A stretch of 36,359 nt of DNA from Atractiella rhizophila. Taxonomy: Eukaryota. Positions 22,078-33,206 of the stretch are shown here, piece after piece. The stretch covers positions 1 to 36,359 of the forward strand of contig MU271640.1 in assembly GCA_021432655.1 (NCBI GenBank), in the 5' to 3' direction. The stretch's first letter is position 1; each line of letters opens with the position of its first letter. The position numbers were made by a program, and so were the translations under genes. The notes under the pieces were generated by a model. The model made no database searches, was not told the DNA's origin, and saw nothing but the letters and a program-made list of their open reading frames with translations.

Positions 22078-24979
22078 TCAGATTTCCAGTTCCGTTTTGA
22101 TGTCGCCATTACTCGGATTGGGAGGATGAGGGAAAGTGGCAGGGAGGAAAGCAGCAATTTCATCTTCTATTCTTGAAGGTCCAGAATGTCCGTTCGTCGA
22201 GGGAAGGAATACAGCAATGTCTGTCGAATTCTGATTCTGTTGGGCTGGCTGAGAGCTGGTTGATTGGGCATGGAGATCGGTATGATATCCGTTTTGAGGA
22301 GCTGTAGGCTTGATGTCAACATCCATACCATTCCGCCAAACTGTCTTCTCAACAGTTACCATAACCGTCCTCTTCTCCAGCACCGTATTCCCTTCTTCGT
22401 CTAGCCCGAACCTCTTCGTAACCGTGTTATTTGTGATGTTCGTTGTGACGGTTGCTTCTCTTGCACCAAGATCTTGCCTTCCTGGATCTACCCTCATCTC
22501 TACCCTCTCGGTATGTTGTACCGGTAAAGTCTCCCTCGATATTATCTCCCCTTCATGTGACGCTTTCTTTCCCTTTAGGGCCTTCTTCTTCGCTCTCCCT
22601 CCTTCCGCCGAATCTTCTATCACACTCAGGCGTCTCTTTTTCGACAGCGCTTCAGACACCACCGACCCTTGACGCTTCTGAGCGGAAACTGTAGAGGCGG
22701 AGCGACGCCGTTTATCAACTTCGAGATCATCTCCATCATCATCATCTCCCAACGCGTCCACGACAAGATCCTTGAAATGTTGGACGAAATCCGCAGGGCT
22801 CATCGTCTCCTCCTCCAGCTTATCGTGAGGCACAGACTCCCTCGCAATCCTTCTCTCGTTCGCACTCACGTCCGTCGCTTTCTTGCCATCCAAACGTCGG
22901 ACCTGTTCGAAGAGGAAACGAGCAAGGTGCTTCAAACCTTTGAGCACTCGAACGTTGATGTCGGCTGGGAGAGGGGCGAGAGGATCGGTCTCTTTGCATT
23001 TGCGGAGGCGTGCGGCGTACGACAGCGCTACATACCAACAAAGACGTTCGTATTGAGGGAAACGGAATTTCTTGGGCACCTTCGTGACCACCTCAATATC
23101 GTAGACTCGCATCTGCGTTCCGATGTTGAGACTAGCATAATTATCAGTGGCTGAGTTGTAGAGACAGCTTAGAAGTTACCTGTGAAGGAAGTTACCACCA
23201 ATGACGAGAGAATCGGTGGGCGTATACTATGAAGATCATGAGCGATTGGTTCCAAATTAATTGACTGAAGACAGACGACTGCATGAATCCATCCTGTAGG
23301 AATGATAGCTGTTGATCCTTGAGGCAGATCTAATCTGTAGACTTTGTCGACCTCACCACCTAGCCAGCTATTCTCTTGTTGTTCGGTGCTGGAGCTCCAC
23401 TTCTCGTACTTCTTCAAATTTTCTGGAGTCGGTCGGATGAAATAAAACACTTTTGACCCTCGAAGAATATGGTAGAACACCTGAATAAAGGTCAACGCGT
23501 ATCATGCAAGTAGATGAGCAGAATCGTACTGAGGATCCGGCGAGCTTTCCGTCCAGTTTCTGCGCTTCGGCGATTTTCGAGTCCGGTTCTTCCTACGACG
23601 AGTCTGACCCTTCCTACAAACCCAACTCACACTTTCCAGGCAGAGAAAATCCAAAACCCCCCATACCAACCAGCAGATTACCAAGTTCCCATACCCCTAC
23701 TGGGGGGAGGTTTAATTTCTCGAACGTCGCCGAATCTTTCTACACTTTCAGTGTGTAGACTACATAGGTCAATGAAAATACGATAGATGTAGCAAGTAAA
23801 AACAATAGCCCATCGGACGTGCAAAAAGAAATTGGACCAACCGTAAGTACCACTTTAAGTTTTACATAGGATTAGAAAAAACTAAAACACCGTCGACGTG
23901 TTGCACCATAGTAACCAGCACACAGTTACTCTTAGGATTTCTGAGGGAACTATGGCAGCTATTCCACGCTTTCAGAGAAGACTTCAGTATGACCTATAAT
24001 TGGTTGTTACCCTGTCACCATGACGAGCGGGACGAACCTGAGGTAGGGTCTGGAGTTTTAATGGAAGGCTCGTGGTGGTGCTTTCAGTCGTGCTTTACGC
24101 CCTTACGGAGTCTAGTTGATAAGGTTGAACTTAGTTCCTTAACTCAGGCTGGGTCCAGCGACCCAGTTCGACAACCTCTTGAGTTGCTTGCCTGCGTCTT
24201 TGCAACAATGGTGTCTAGTCGATGGAGTCTCAACCTTCACCCTCCTACCTCTTCCCGACCTCCTAACCTAAACCCCTGCTCCTAAGTCCCCTTTGTGGTT
24301 GCCACTATGTTTTTTCCACCTGTTCTTCCTTCCTTCGCTCTGGCTTTCGCTCCTACCTTTTCTACTGAAACTACTCCTACTTTCACCCTACTCGGTGGGT
24401 TAGCAATAGTCTGTTCCTTACTTCCCTCAGCCCTACCTCAACGGCGTCTTGAACTGTCACGCTCTCCAACGACTCTAACAACCATACGAAAATAGACCGT
24501 GTAAATAAACAGTTACTGACCAAGTGGCGTCCGGGACTGTGAGGCCATCTCCATTAATAGTAACGAACTACGATCTTTAATAAATTAACGAAAATCCAGT
24601 AACTACAACGTTCGGTCTGACCTGACTTTCTGACCTGCCAACCTGCGACCCGTGTTATGATGTTGCTAAGCGCTGGAGCTCTGTTTTAGGCTTTACATTA
24701 GTCAGATCTCCAATCACTCAGTTTCGATCCTCTCTTTTAACTTTACGGCCTTGGGCAGTCCAAGCAAGCAGGAACTTACGTCATCCTGTGGTATGACTTG
24801 GGATCAATCCTTTAACCTGACCCAGTGCTTGAAGACCGGACTTCTGGCTGCACCGGGTCCTGTCATGGGCTTCCAAGTTTTTATAACGGAATACTCGCAG
24901 TCGGTGACGACCTGTCATTCAATAGAAGGCGAGACGACTCAGGTAAGACTGTGAAGGCGTCCTAACCGTGTAACTGAAG
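22078..24979 (-). CDS. JHD1: PHD + JmjC histone demethylase (KDM2/Jhd1); 5' half in the mirrored block, start codon in the gap
   Basis: Complement of 23542-24979 gives WVECE|SCTTWYHWSCV..K|WYCSPC (PHD), LTVREVAEIVG|PDTPVE|VIDVASQ, IRNVISLEVS, LDWVTNFWP..YPKVQKYCLMSVSHCWT|DWHIDF. The normal minus strand from 23541 continues AGSS|VFYHILRGSKVFYFIRPT..IPTGWIHAV|YTPTDSLVIGGNFLH..VPKKFRFP. Confidence 0.95.
23542..24979. other. Mirror-reversed segment (reversed, not complemented); probable assembly artefact
   Basis: The plain complement encodes a run of spliced JHD1 exons. Its last codon (TTC, 24977-24979) joins exactly to GCC starting at 23541 on the minus strand. Confidence 0.97.
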
Positions 24980-25146
24980 NNNNNNNNNNNNNNNNNNNNN
25001 NNNNNNNNNNNNNNNNNNNNNNNNNNNNNNNNNNNNNNNNNNNNNNNNNNNNNNNNNNNNNNNNNNNNNNNNNNNNNNNNNNNNNNNNNNNNNNNNNNNN
25101 NNNNNNNNNNNNNNNNNNNNNNNNNNNNNNNNNNNNNNNNNNNNNN
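24980..25146. other. Assembly gap (167 N)
   Basis: Run of N. Confidence 1.
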
Positions 25147-27361
25147 GCTGAGAAGGATCTATTAGTCGCCCAAAGTGAAGATACATCTTTCAGTTCACTC
25201 TCAAACGCCTTTACCGCATTGCACCTCAAGTCTCCATCACCCCAAGACCAAAAGAGAGAAGATCCCACCATTGGATACAAGGAGCTTGGAGACAGAGAAA
25301 CGGCATCTGAGTCTTTAACACTCTCAAGCTTTGATCATGGCACGATTTTTAATGCAAACACAAGGGACGATGCAGCCGCACTTACCTTACCCACCAGCCC
25401 ACGCACCGCCGTGATCTTCCAGCCTTCTTGTCTCCTTCACAAGTTCTTGCGTTCTTCAGATCCCGGAGACGTGTCTATGTTTCCAGAAAGACCTGAGCGG
25501 TTACGTGCGATCAAGATTGGAACAGCCGCGATTGTAGGAAGATTGCTTGCTTCAGTTTCAGCGGTAGATTTTCAAGGTACCAAATGGTCGGAACACCAGG
25601 CAGGTGACACCATAGACAGCCTTTCTGCAGGATTGAAAAATCTTGACGTCGCTGAGGGAGCAAGCAAAAGCCGAAAACGGAAGTTTCTAGACATGATTGG
25701 AGTTCAACAACCGTTCGACATCCTTTCGTCTCCTCGCCTCACCTCTTTCCGCGATCCCGCTCTTCTCTACGTCCACCAAGGCCTAAGTACCGGCATCGAT
25801 ACTACAACTTCGAAGGAACACACGTCTTATCCATCTCAACTTGAATCTTGGTGCCTCAAAGCACCAGCCTCCGCCCCAACCTCCTCAACACCTCACGAGC
25901 TCGAAATTCCTCCTTATCTCCCTTCCGGAGATTTATATCTGGCTAGATCCTCCTCTCTTGCCATTCGCGGTTCGTTGGGGGCGATGGCAGACGCAAATGA
26001 TTTGGTTTTCTCACCTGAGTCCACGCATGATAAGAGCTTCGTTGCTGTAAGACCCCCTGGCCATCATTGTGGGGAGAGCAATCCCCAGGGATTCTGTTGG
26101 GTGAACACTGTCGCTTTTGGCATTGTGGATGCTTATATGCGACATGGAGTCAACAAAGCCATTATTTTTGATATTGACTTACACCGCGAGTCTTTTTTTC
26201 GGACAGAGCTAAGCAAACACGCTCATTTCATGATTATTTAGATGGAAATGGAACGCAAGAGGTTGCTTGGGAAATAAATCGACGATATACTCAAGCTGTT
26301 TCGACTGCAAAGAAAGGAACACCAAAGAAAGGGAAGGAAGACACTCCCAAAAGTGTTCTGCAGGTCTTTTACGGCAGCTTACATGACATCAATTCTTACC
26401 GTGAGTCTATTAGCGCTGCTCAATATCCTCCGTTAACAACGTTTATAGCGTGTGAAGCTGGGCTGGACGAATTTGTCATCCCTGCATCCACAAACATTTC
26501 TGGAGGGCCAACAAACCAGTACATATCCAACGTTCACCTTGAGCCGTACAAGGATGCGAACGATTTCTACGAGCGTCTTTATCCTACGTATTGGGCAGGT
26601 TTGGGCGGGAAAGCTTTGGAATTCTTACAGAAAACAAACACAACAGAGTTGGACAAAGTTGGAATTTGGATAAGCGCTGGTGCATTATCTCCTTATTTCA
26701 CTTTTATGATTGCTGACACTGATGTGTAGGCTTTGATGCTTCCGAATTTGAGATGGACACAATGTCTCGCCACAAAGTAAAGGTACCCACCTCTTTCTAC
26801 TCCAGGATCGCTAGAGATACGGTTATTCTTTCGCACACCATACCTACCATTTTCTCCTCTGCTGCGAACTTTAGCCAGGCATCTCTCAAGCGCAGCGCAC
26901 GACGGACCGCACCACCCTCTCAAGAAACAAAACCTTTTCGTCGTCCCTCAATCATATCTGTGCTAGAAGGTGGCTATTCTGATAGAGCGCTTACTAGCGG
27001 GGTTGCAAGCCTATTGCAGGGATTAGTCTGGGAGGAGGTTGGAGGGTCGATGGATGAAGAAAAGGAAGAATGGTGGGCTGCGAAAGAATGGCTGAAGCTC
27101 GAGAAGGCTTGTGCTCCTGCCCATGAGGAGAATGGAGACACGCCGAAGAGGAAAGCGAGGCAGGTGAAGAGGGATGATTGGGTTGAGTATGCGAAAGCTA
27201 TCTTCGCGGAATTGGAGAAGGAGGTTAGCGAGACGACGGGAATGATGAAGGATGAGCTTGAGAAGGAACGGCCAATACAAACACCTCAGACCGATAAACC
27301 AGTTGCGTTCCCCGTCAAGAAGATTCGATTGGTTCGAAAGCAAGACCAATCACAGTCATAG
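25147..27361 (+). CDS. HOS3: Fungal Hos3-type histone deacetylase; start codon in the gap
   Basis: Frame is open from the gap edge. ERPERLRAI, LPSGDLYL, VAVRPPGHHCGESNPQGFCWVN, DIDLH|HGNGTQ, YGSLHDINSYP|CE, ISAG|FDASEFE..MSRHKVKVPTSFY, SVLEGGYSDRAL. Confidence 0.92.
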
Positions 27362-27731
27362 ATTTGATGTGATTCAGTCTACCTTTCTTGTGTTTACCGT
27401 TGCCTTGTATATTTCACAGTCTGTTTTGAAATGACGTTCAACTTTGTATATTCGTTGGCACCGTAGTCGTGAACCTGGGTGAGACCTACTTTCAGCCAGT
27501 GTCCAAGAGTTTGTCGTTCTAATACTGCATTCCTCCTGCTGTAATTTCGCAGCGGATCTTCGATGAGATGCCCTGGAGATGCAGCGGACGGACCATCTAT
27601 CCCCTACCAAGTCACCTTTTCTGCGGACGGCCACCTTCACAGCCTTGCGTGTCACGAAGGTGGAGGTATAAGAACTACCGAATTTCTACAGAAGGAATTG
27701 CATCAACGCAAGTAAACCTGAGGTGGTGAAG

Positions 27732-28672
27732 ATGAGCATTCCAACGCCAAATCGAGCTAGCTATCTCCTTGTAAGCGCCCTTTAGACTCGGAGCTGAGGG
27801 AACTGATGAGAACGATACCTATGTACGTAGACTCCGGAATCACCACAAATTTTGTCTGCAGATGTTTTGAGGCCTAACGCAATCTTGCTCGTTCGAGACT
27901 TTGATGGAACGAAGGGACGTTCCTCATTTGAAGTCACGGCAGTCTGTGCCCGGATCTACATTTGTACGTTTCTACCACGAACTCGTGAGAGCTCGAGAGC
28001 AGCTTATTCACCACTACCTTAGATAAAGCAAGCAACTTGACACTGAACTTCAAACCCAACTTCCGGCTGCTCGCTTCCACGCTCGAGCTCCATGAATCCC
28101 ACAATGTTTCTCTCAACTTCTCTCCACTGTTCACCGAACCTCCCATATCGCTCTTCTCCTTCGATCATCCAGCTCATTCCATCAACGTTCACTTTGGCAA
28201 GAAGGAACTTCTGAAGGACGTCAGCATCGTTGTTTGTTTAAAGAAAGGATATGTCGAGAAGATGCAGGCTGGCCAAGGAGCAGAAGATGATGGATCAGGC
28301 TTCAAAGACTTCATGGTGTCTTATGATCCATCAGAAGCAGCTCCGTCGCCTTCAGTCAACGAACCGTGGCACTCGCCCTCGCTGAAACTCACTTCCCCGG
28401 ATGGCATGCTAACCGATGACGTGCTTCGGATCGTTTCCTATCCCTCAGTGCAACAGATGGGTGAAGGACAATATTCGCTGCGTTTGTTGGAAGAAAAGAG
28501 GTGGGAGTTTCGTTGGCTCAAAAGGGACAAGATGGAGTATTTTGAACTGCACCCCGAACAAAGAAAGGGTCTATTGAACGACAAAGTCAAGGACAGGATT
28601 GATAAGGGTGTTCAGCAGTATTCAGAGGGAAAGTCCTTTGAGGAAATTGCGAAAGACATGAAAAAGGAGTGA
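27732..28672 (+). CDS. Hypothetical protein (3 exons)
   Basis: ATG at 27732 (MSIPTPNRASYLL), introns with GTAAGC and GTACGT donors, and a last exon of over 210 codons ending EEIAKDMKKE*. Confidence 0.7.
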
Positions 28673-28996
28673 GTGTATGGCGATTCGTAGTGCAAGGGAG
28701 TTTTGGTGTGTTGAATCTCTGCTTGTATCATTGTCAATCCAAATTGTCATTGTTTTGCTGCAATCATTCTGACTGGATTACAACATGCCAAACATGCCCG
28801 CTCCAGATGCAGGATATGAAAAGGATGGTGAAGTATGGTGACCCTCGTAATGATAAAGTTATAGGAACAATATCTGCTTTCGCAGCTAACTAGAGCTCCC
28901 TCAATTGCCCTCAAGCGAGTTCACACGGGGGTCAGCAAAGTCTTCAGCGAAGAGAGTCCAGAAGTTTGAATCCAGAAATGCCGGTTCCTGACAGAC

Positions 28997-29042
28997 TGAC
29001 GTCGCGATATATGACGTCATTTTTGCCTGCCTGATATAAAAG
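28997..29042 (+). promoter_or_regulatory. Two CRE-like sites plus a TATA box
   Basis: TGACGTCG at 28997-29004, palindromic ATGACGTCAT at 29011-29020 and TATAAAAG at 29035-29042, about 100 nt before the ATG at 29141. Confidence 0.6.
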
Positions 29043-29140
29043 GGCACGACTTCCTCAGCTCACTCAACGACCAGCAACGATCAACTGAACAACCAAAGCA
29101 ACTTATACAAGTCCTCTCGCTTATTCACAATCATCACACC

Positions 29141-29745
29141 ATGTCCTACGCAGACGCCGCATCCAAAAATACTGGGGGAGACCACGGCGTCCAGCCCGTA
29201 AGTAACCTGTTCCCTTCCGTCCCACGTCTCAGGGCTCATGCAGACTGTAACTATCCAGGACCCTGTGTTCCTGGACGATAAAGACACCGATGCTCTACGT
29301 CGAAAAGCTCAAGACTTGAAGGCGGAAGGGAAGGCAGAGCTCGATGCGGCAGAAGCGAGAGCGGAGAAGGAACGGAAAGAGTTTTTGAAGCGAGAGAAGG
29401 AGCTGGAAAAGAAAGCGAGGGCCGAATATGAGAAGGGGAAGGCTAAGGCTAAGGAGTATGGAAGGGAGGGAAGGGAGGAGTTCAATAGGCATCCTGCTGT
29501 CTACACCACAGCTCTTAGCGCTCGTGAGTTCCTCTTCCTTGTCTATCAGCAAGGACTGGTTTTGATTGGCTGAATGTGACGTAGTGAACGTTGCGATCGT
29601 TGGCGGCGTTGCATATTGGAGCTATCAAAATTGGGACAGGACATGGGACAGGAAACTCGTTACGGCGAGCGCGATTGGTTTAGGAGCATGGTTTAGTCTT
29701 CAAGGCTGGCTGGTTGAGAAGCTGGGCATCGAGCAGAGGCAGTAA
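29141..29745 (+). CDS. Small coiled-coil protein with C-terminal membrane segments, OM14-like mitochondrial outer-membrane candidate
   Basis: MSYADAASKN start, Lys/Glu-rich helix, then NVAIVGGVAYWSYQNWDRTWDRKLVTASAIGLGAWFSLQGWL; 2 introns. The gene model is solid, the family call tentative. Confidence 0.65.
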
Positions 29746-30058
29746 ATCAATGGACCAAATTCGAGTTTTATTTGACGCATCAGTGTAAAGTTATAAACGT
29801 TTTTTGTAATCGATCTGCTCTCTCCATCCTCACCTTTCTCCCGACTCAGTTTTTTGAACGACAGCACAGTGAGTGTAATGGTGATGACGAGCAAAGATAC
29901 AGAAAGAGAGAGTTTTGATTGTCCGCGTATGTTAAACGAGTTCAAAAATAGGTTCAGGGTTCAACGAAGAACATCTCACCCTTCGTTGAACCCTCACGAA
30001 ATCCAAAGGGCACGAATTTTCCATGCAACAAGCACAGCTCTGTCCATCATCAAAGCAT

Positions 30059-32347
30059 TCAAAGCATCAAAGCAGCTGCAACAACCACACCTACGGCCCC
30101 AACAAGGCTCACTCCCACACGTCCAGCCGCAGCCTTCTCGTTATCCGATGTTGAGTTACCCTTCTTCGGCGACGAATTGCCGGTGGTGGTCGCATTGGTA
30201 GCTGTCGAAGCAGACGAAGAGGTGGTGGAAGTGGTAGAAGAGGAATCCGTGTCAGCTGTGTCGACAGCAGTGGCGGTGATGGCGAGGTTGAGTTTGGCGG
30301 CTGAGATCTTTGGGTTCTGCAAGACTCCTCCCGTCAATTTGCCCGCCGTGTACTCTTGGAAGGTCGGGTAGGAGAGAGAGACGTCCCGGTAGACCTGGGT
30401 GTTGTTGGTGCACGTAGCAATTGGGACGATGTGCTTGAAGTTCTTTTGGATGCTGGGATACCTGTGTTCGATTGTTAGATGCTTTGTCTTGGGGAGGATC
30501 GAAATAAAGACGCACTCGCCAATCCAAGTAGGCATATCTTCAGCTGGCATTTCGTGATCGAGAACGATGGTACCCGTTGTATCAAAGTTCTTTGCGAAGA
30601 TCCTAACATCTCGATATCAGCATTGATGCACAATGAGTCGAAGAAAACTGCGAAACAACGAACCCGTCAAAGTTCTTCTTAATCTCAGGAATGATCTTTG
30701 CGCCACCATCCTGAATCTTCCAATCGAAGGTATCTGCCACACCTTGATCAGCTACTTCCTCCTTGCTAAACCAACGGCAAGCGTACCATTGTCCCAAAGA
30801 TTGGTGCTCAAACCCAACGCTTCCGCAATGGCGCGCACTCGGTTGTCCACATCTCCGAAAGGAGGTCGCCTGTGAAAATGAGAGTCTTAGCTCTTCGGCG
30901 TTTCCGAAGTGAGGGAATAGCATACCAGCTGTCGCAGAAAGATTCCCGTCAGCCATGGATCAGTGAAATGAGGAGGTAGAGATGACGAACCAGGTCACTG
31001 TGACACCGACGACTTGCTTGATGGCTTTTATGGGATAGTAAAGTTCAGCAAAGAGCTGGTCATTGCTCAACGATGTCATGTACTGGATCGGTGCGTCTCA
31101 GTACCAATGCAGTCAAGGAGGAGGAAAGATGAGACAGACATTGTGACTAGATGACAGTACTGGTTTTAGTGATTGCGGATGAGAGAAGAAGAACAACGGA
31201 CCTCCAGGTGTGGTGGCAGATCTCGTGTCCATCAGTTGCTGCCCTTTGAGCTTGTTTGGGCAAGGTAAGAACATTCCCACCTAAACCATTCGATTCGGCT
31301 CAGCACTTCTGCAGAGTGTTCGAAGGTAGTACTAACCAATGAAGAACATGGTAGCAAGCTGGTTATTATCTGCCAAAAAGTCGTACAGCTTGTCGTGGGA
31401 GCAAGATGGTCCCTAGATACCGCATCCCAAAGTCCGTTCAGTCAACTATGAATAGACAATGACATCGACGGAGGAGGTAGACGAACATCATCAAAGGACA
31501 ATCCCTGTTACGGCGCAGTCGTCAGAATATCTATAAAAGGGCAAGGAAAGTGGAAAAGGGAGACATACCCAAGTTGAAGGCTCGGAACAGGTGTACACAT
31601 CTGGGCGGATATATTTCTCCTTGGGCACCTTGCACGTCGTATCTTTTCAAATCAACATAGAATAGAGAGTCCATCAGCGACCAGCTGGCCTCACAGGGGA
31701 AATTGAAGAAGAGGACGCACAGGTCCACCAACAATCCGGATCCGTAGTTCCGTCGTATTTGACCTTGGAGAAGTCACCGTAAAGCTCAGGACTGCCCTTC
31801 GGCTTGATAGCCAGCGCATCCTATCGGTCCATTCTTCCGTCAGAACAAGCTGCAGGATGAAAATCGCTAAGGAAAGATTCTACAAACCTTGTATGTCTCG
31901 TTGGCTTGAATTGCAGCCCAGACTTTGGCAGCTTCTGTGTCGCCCTTGGGGATGGTCGCGATTTGGAACGCTTTCTATATCCACAACTGCCATCAGCAAT
32001 CTGGTTACGAGATGACAAAGAAGGGAAGGAGATAAAAATAGAGAGAGAGAGAGAAGGGATACAAAGTGATAGAATAGGAAAAGAAGAAAAAGAAGGAAAG
32101 AAAGGGGAAGACATACAGGAAATCCGCCCACGATATCAGTTATCAAACTCGACTGATCCTCTGTGCAGGCATTATTATCCGACGTGGCACGTTTCAACCA
32201 CTCCTGATACTTTCCAGCCAAGTTGAGCGATGGGTCAGACCTTTTCAATGCGCGCTCGATACCTCCATGATGATGGCCGTGGCCGTGGGAGCCGTGAGCG
32301 TTGACAGTTGCACTGGAGACGGCGAAGAGAAGGAGAGGCAAGAACAT
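30059..32347 (-). CDS. CE4 chitin deacetylase (MP98/Cda-like), secreted with a GPI-type tail
   Basis: Signal peptide; [91 protein letters not shown]; Ser/Thr-rich stalk and hydrophobic C-terminus. Confidence 0.93.
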
Positions 32348-33206
32348 GATGGTATTGGTATTCGCGAGAATTGTTATTATTGCAAAGGAGCGAAGTGATT
32401 AGTTGGTTGTAGAAAGAGCGTAGATGGCGTCTAGCTGGTGATGAGGGATACTTGTTTAAGAAAAGTGGCGGCCTTCGTTCTTATCGAGCGAGAAACGGCG
32501 TCAGATTGAACTGAGAAAGGTTCCAGAAGAGTCGTGGGAAAGGAGGTCGCTGACTCCAACTCCAATGGACGATGGACGGGACAAGTCGAAGATATTACTG
32601 TAGCGGGAGAGGTCAACTGGAAAGGAAGGCAGACGATTTATGAGAAACAGCGGAAATGAAGGGGACAACGCAGCAAAAAAAGTGGGAAAAGCGAAAAACC
32701 TTTTCGGTGAATCTAACGCTTTCGCGCGGGATCGAGTAACATTGCATAAGGCGGGCTAACCAACGCACGCTTTGCGTGACAGCGCCGTTCCTTTGTCCTG
32801 CCGTTGTCAGGCAGCTAGAGACTGCCAAGCAGAAGAGCCAGCTTCCAGGAAAGTGCTCCTCGGGCTATATTTAGATCAGCGGGCGAGTAGTGCGTTGTGC
32901 ATTGTCTGTGCGCGTTTGACTTGACGTGACTAGCACGAACTGGAAAAACTAAGGGTCGTTCTCTCGCTTCTCCTGGCGTATATTACTAGCACTTAGCAAA
33001 TGATCAATGAAGCTATTGCTGAGCGAATGCAATCCATGATAGCAGGTTCTGACCTGAGTTTGACTACGAGAAATCTGCAAGGTATTTCATTCATTCCACA
33101 GAAAGAGTAGCAACACACACCAGATTTTTTCTCAGTCTTTCTGCACGACTTGACATACACAATCCGTTTCCCAACAGTCTAACATGTAGATAGTGACATC
33201 GATAGC

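Noticed and set aside
23542..24979. ORF-track calls 23504..23758, 23989..24285, 24295..24495 and 24751..24954
   Set aside because: They are shadows of complemented JHD1 exons, not genes.
16890..24979. Mirror reversal as a novel biological mechanism
   Set aside because: It is incompatible with 5'-3' polarity, both blocks abut N-gaps, and they break conserved genes at joins that can be restored. An assembly artefact is far more likely.
3105..29745. Apparent mitochondrial or respiratory cluster (RCF2, AOX, QCR9, OM14-like)
   Set aside because: The genes are interspersed with unrelated ones and these are common functions; no evidence of a co-regulated cluster without synteny data.
1..32347. Apparent cell-wall enzyme cluster (chitinase, GH45-like, chitin deacetylase)
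   Set aside because: They are spread over 30 kb and belong to large fungal families; likely coincidence.
30059..32347. Initial idea of a GH72 glucanosyltransferase
   Set aside because: The spliced motifs FDDGP, HTWSH and RPPFG identify a CE4 deacetylase.
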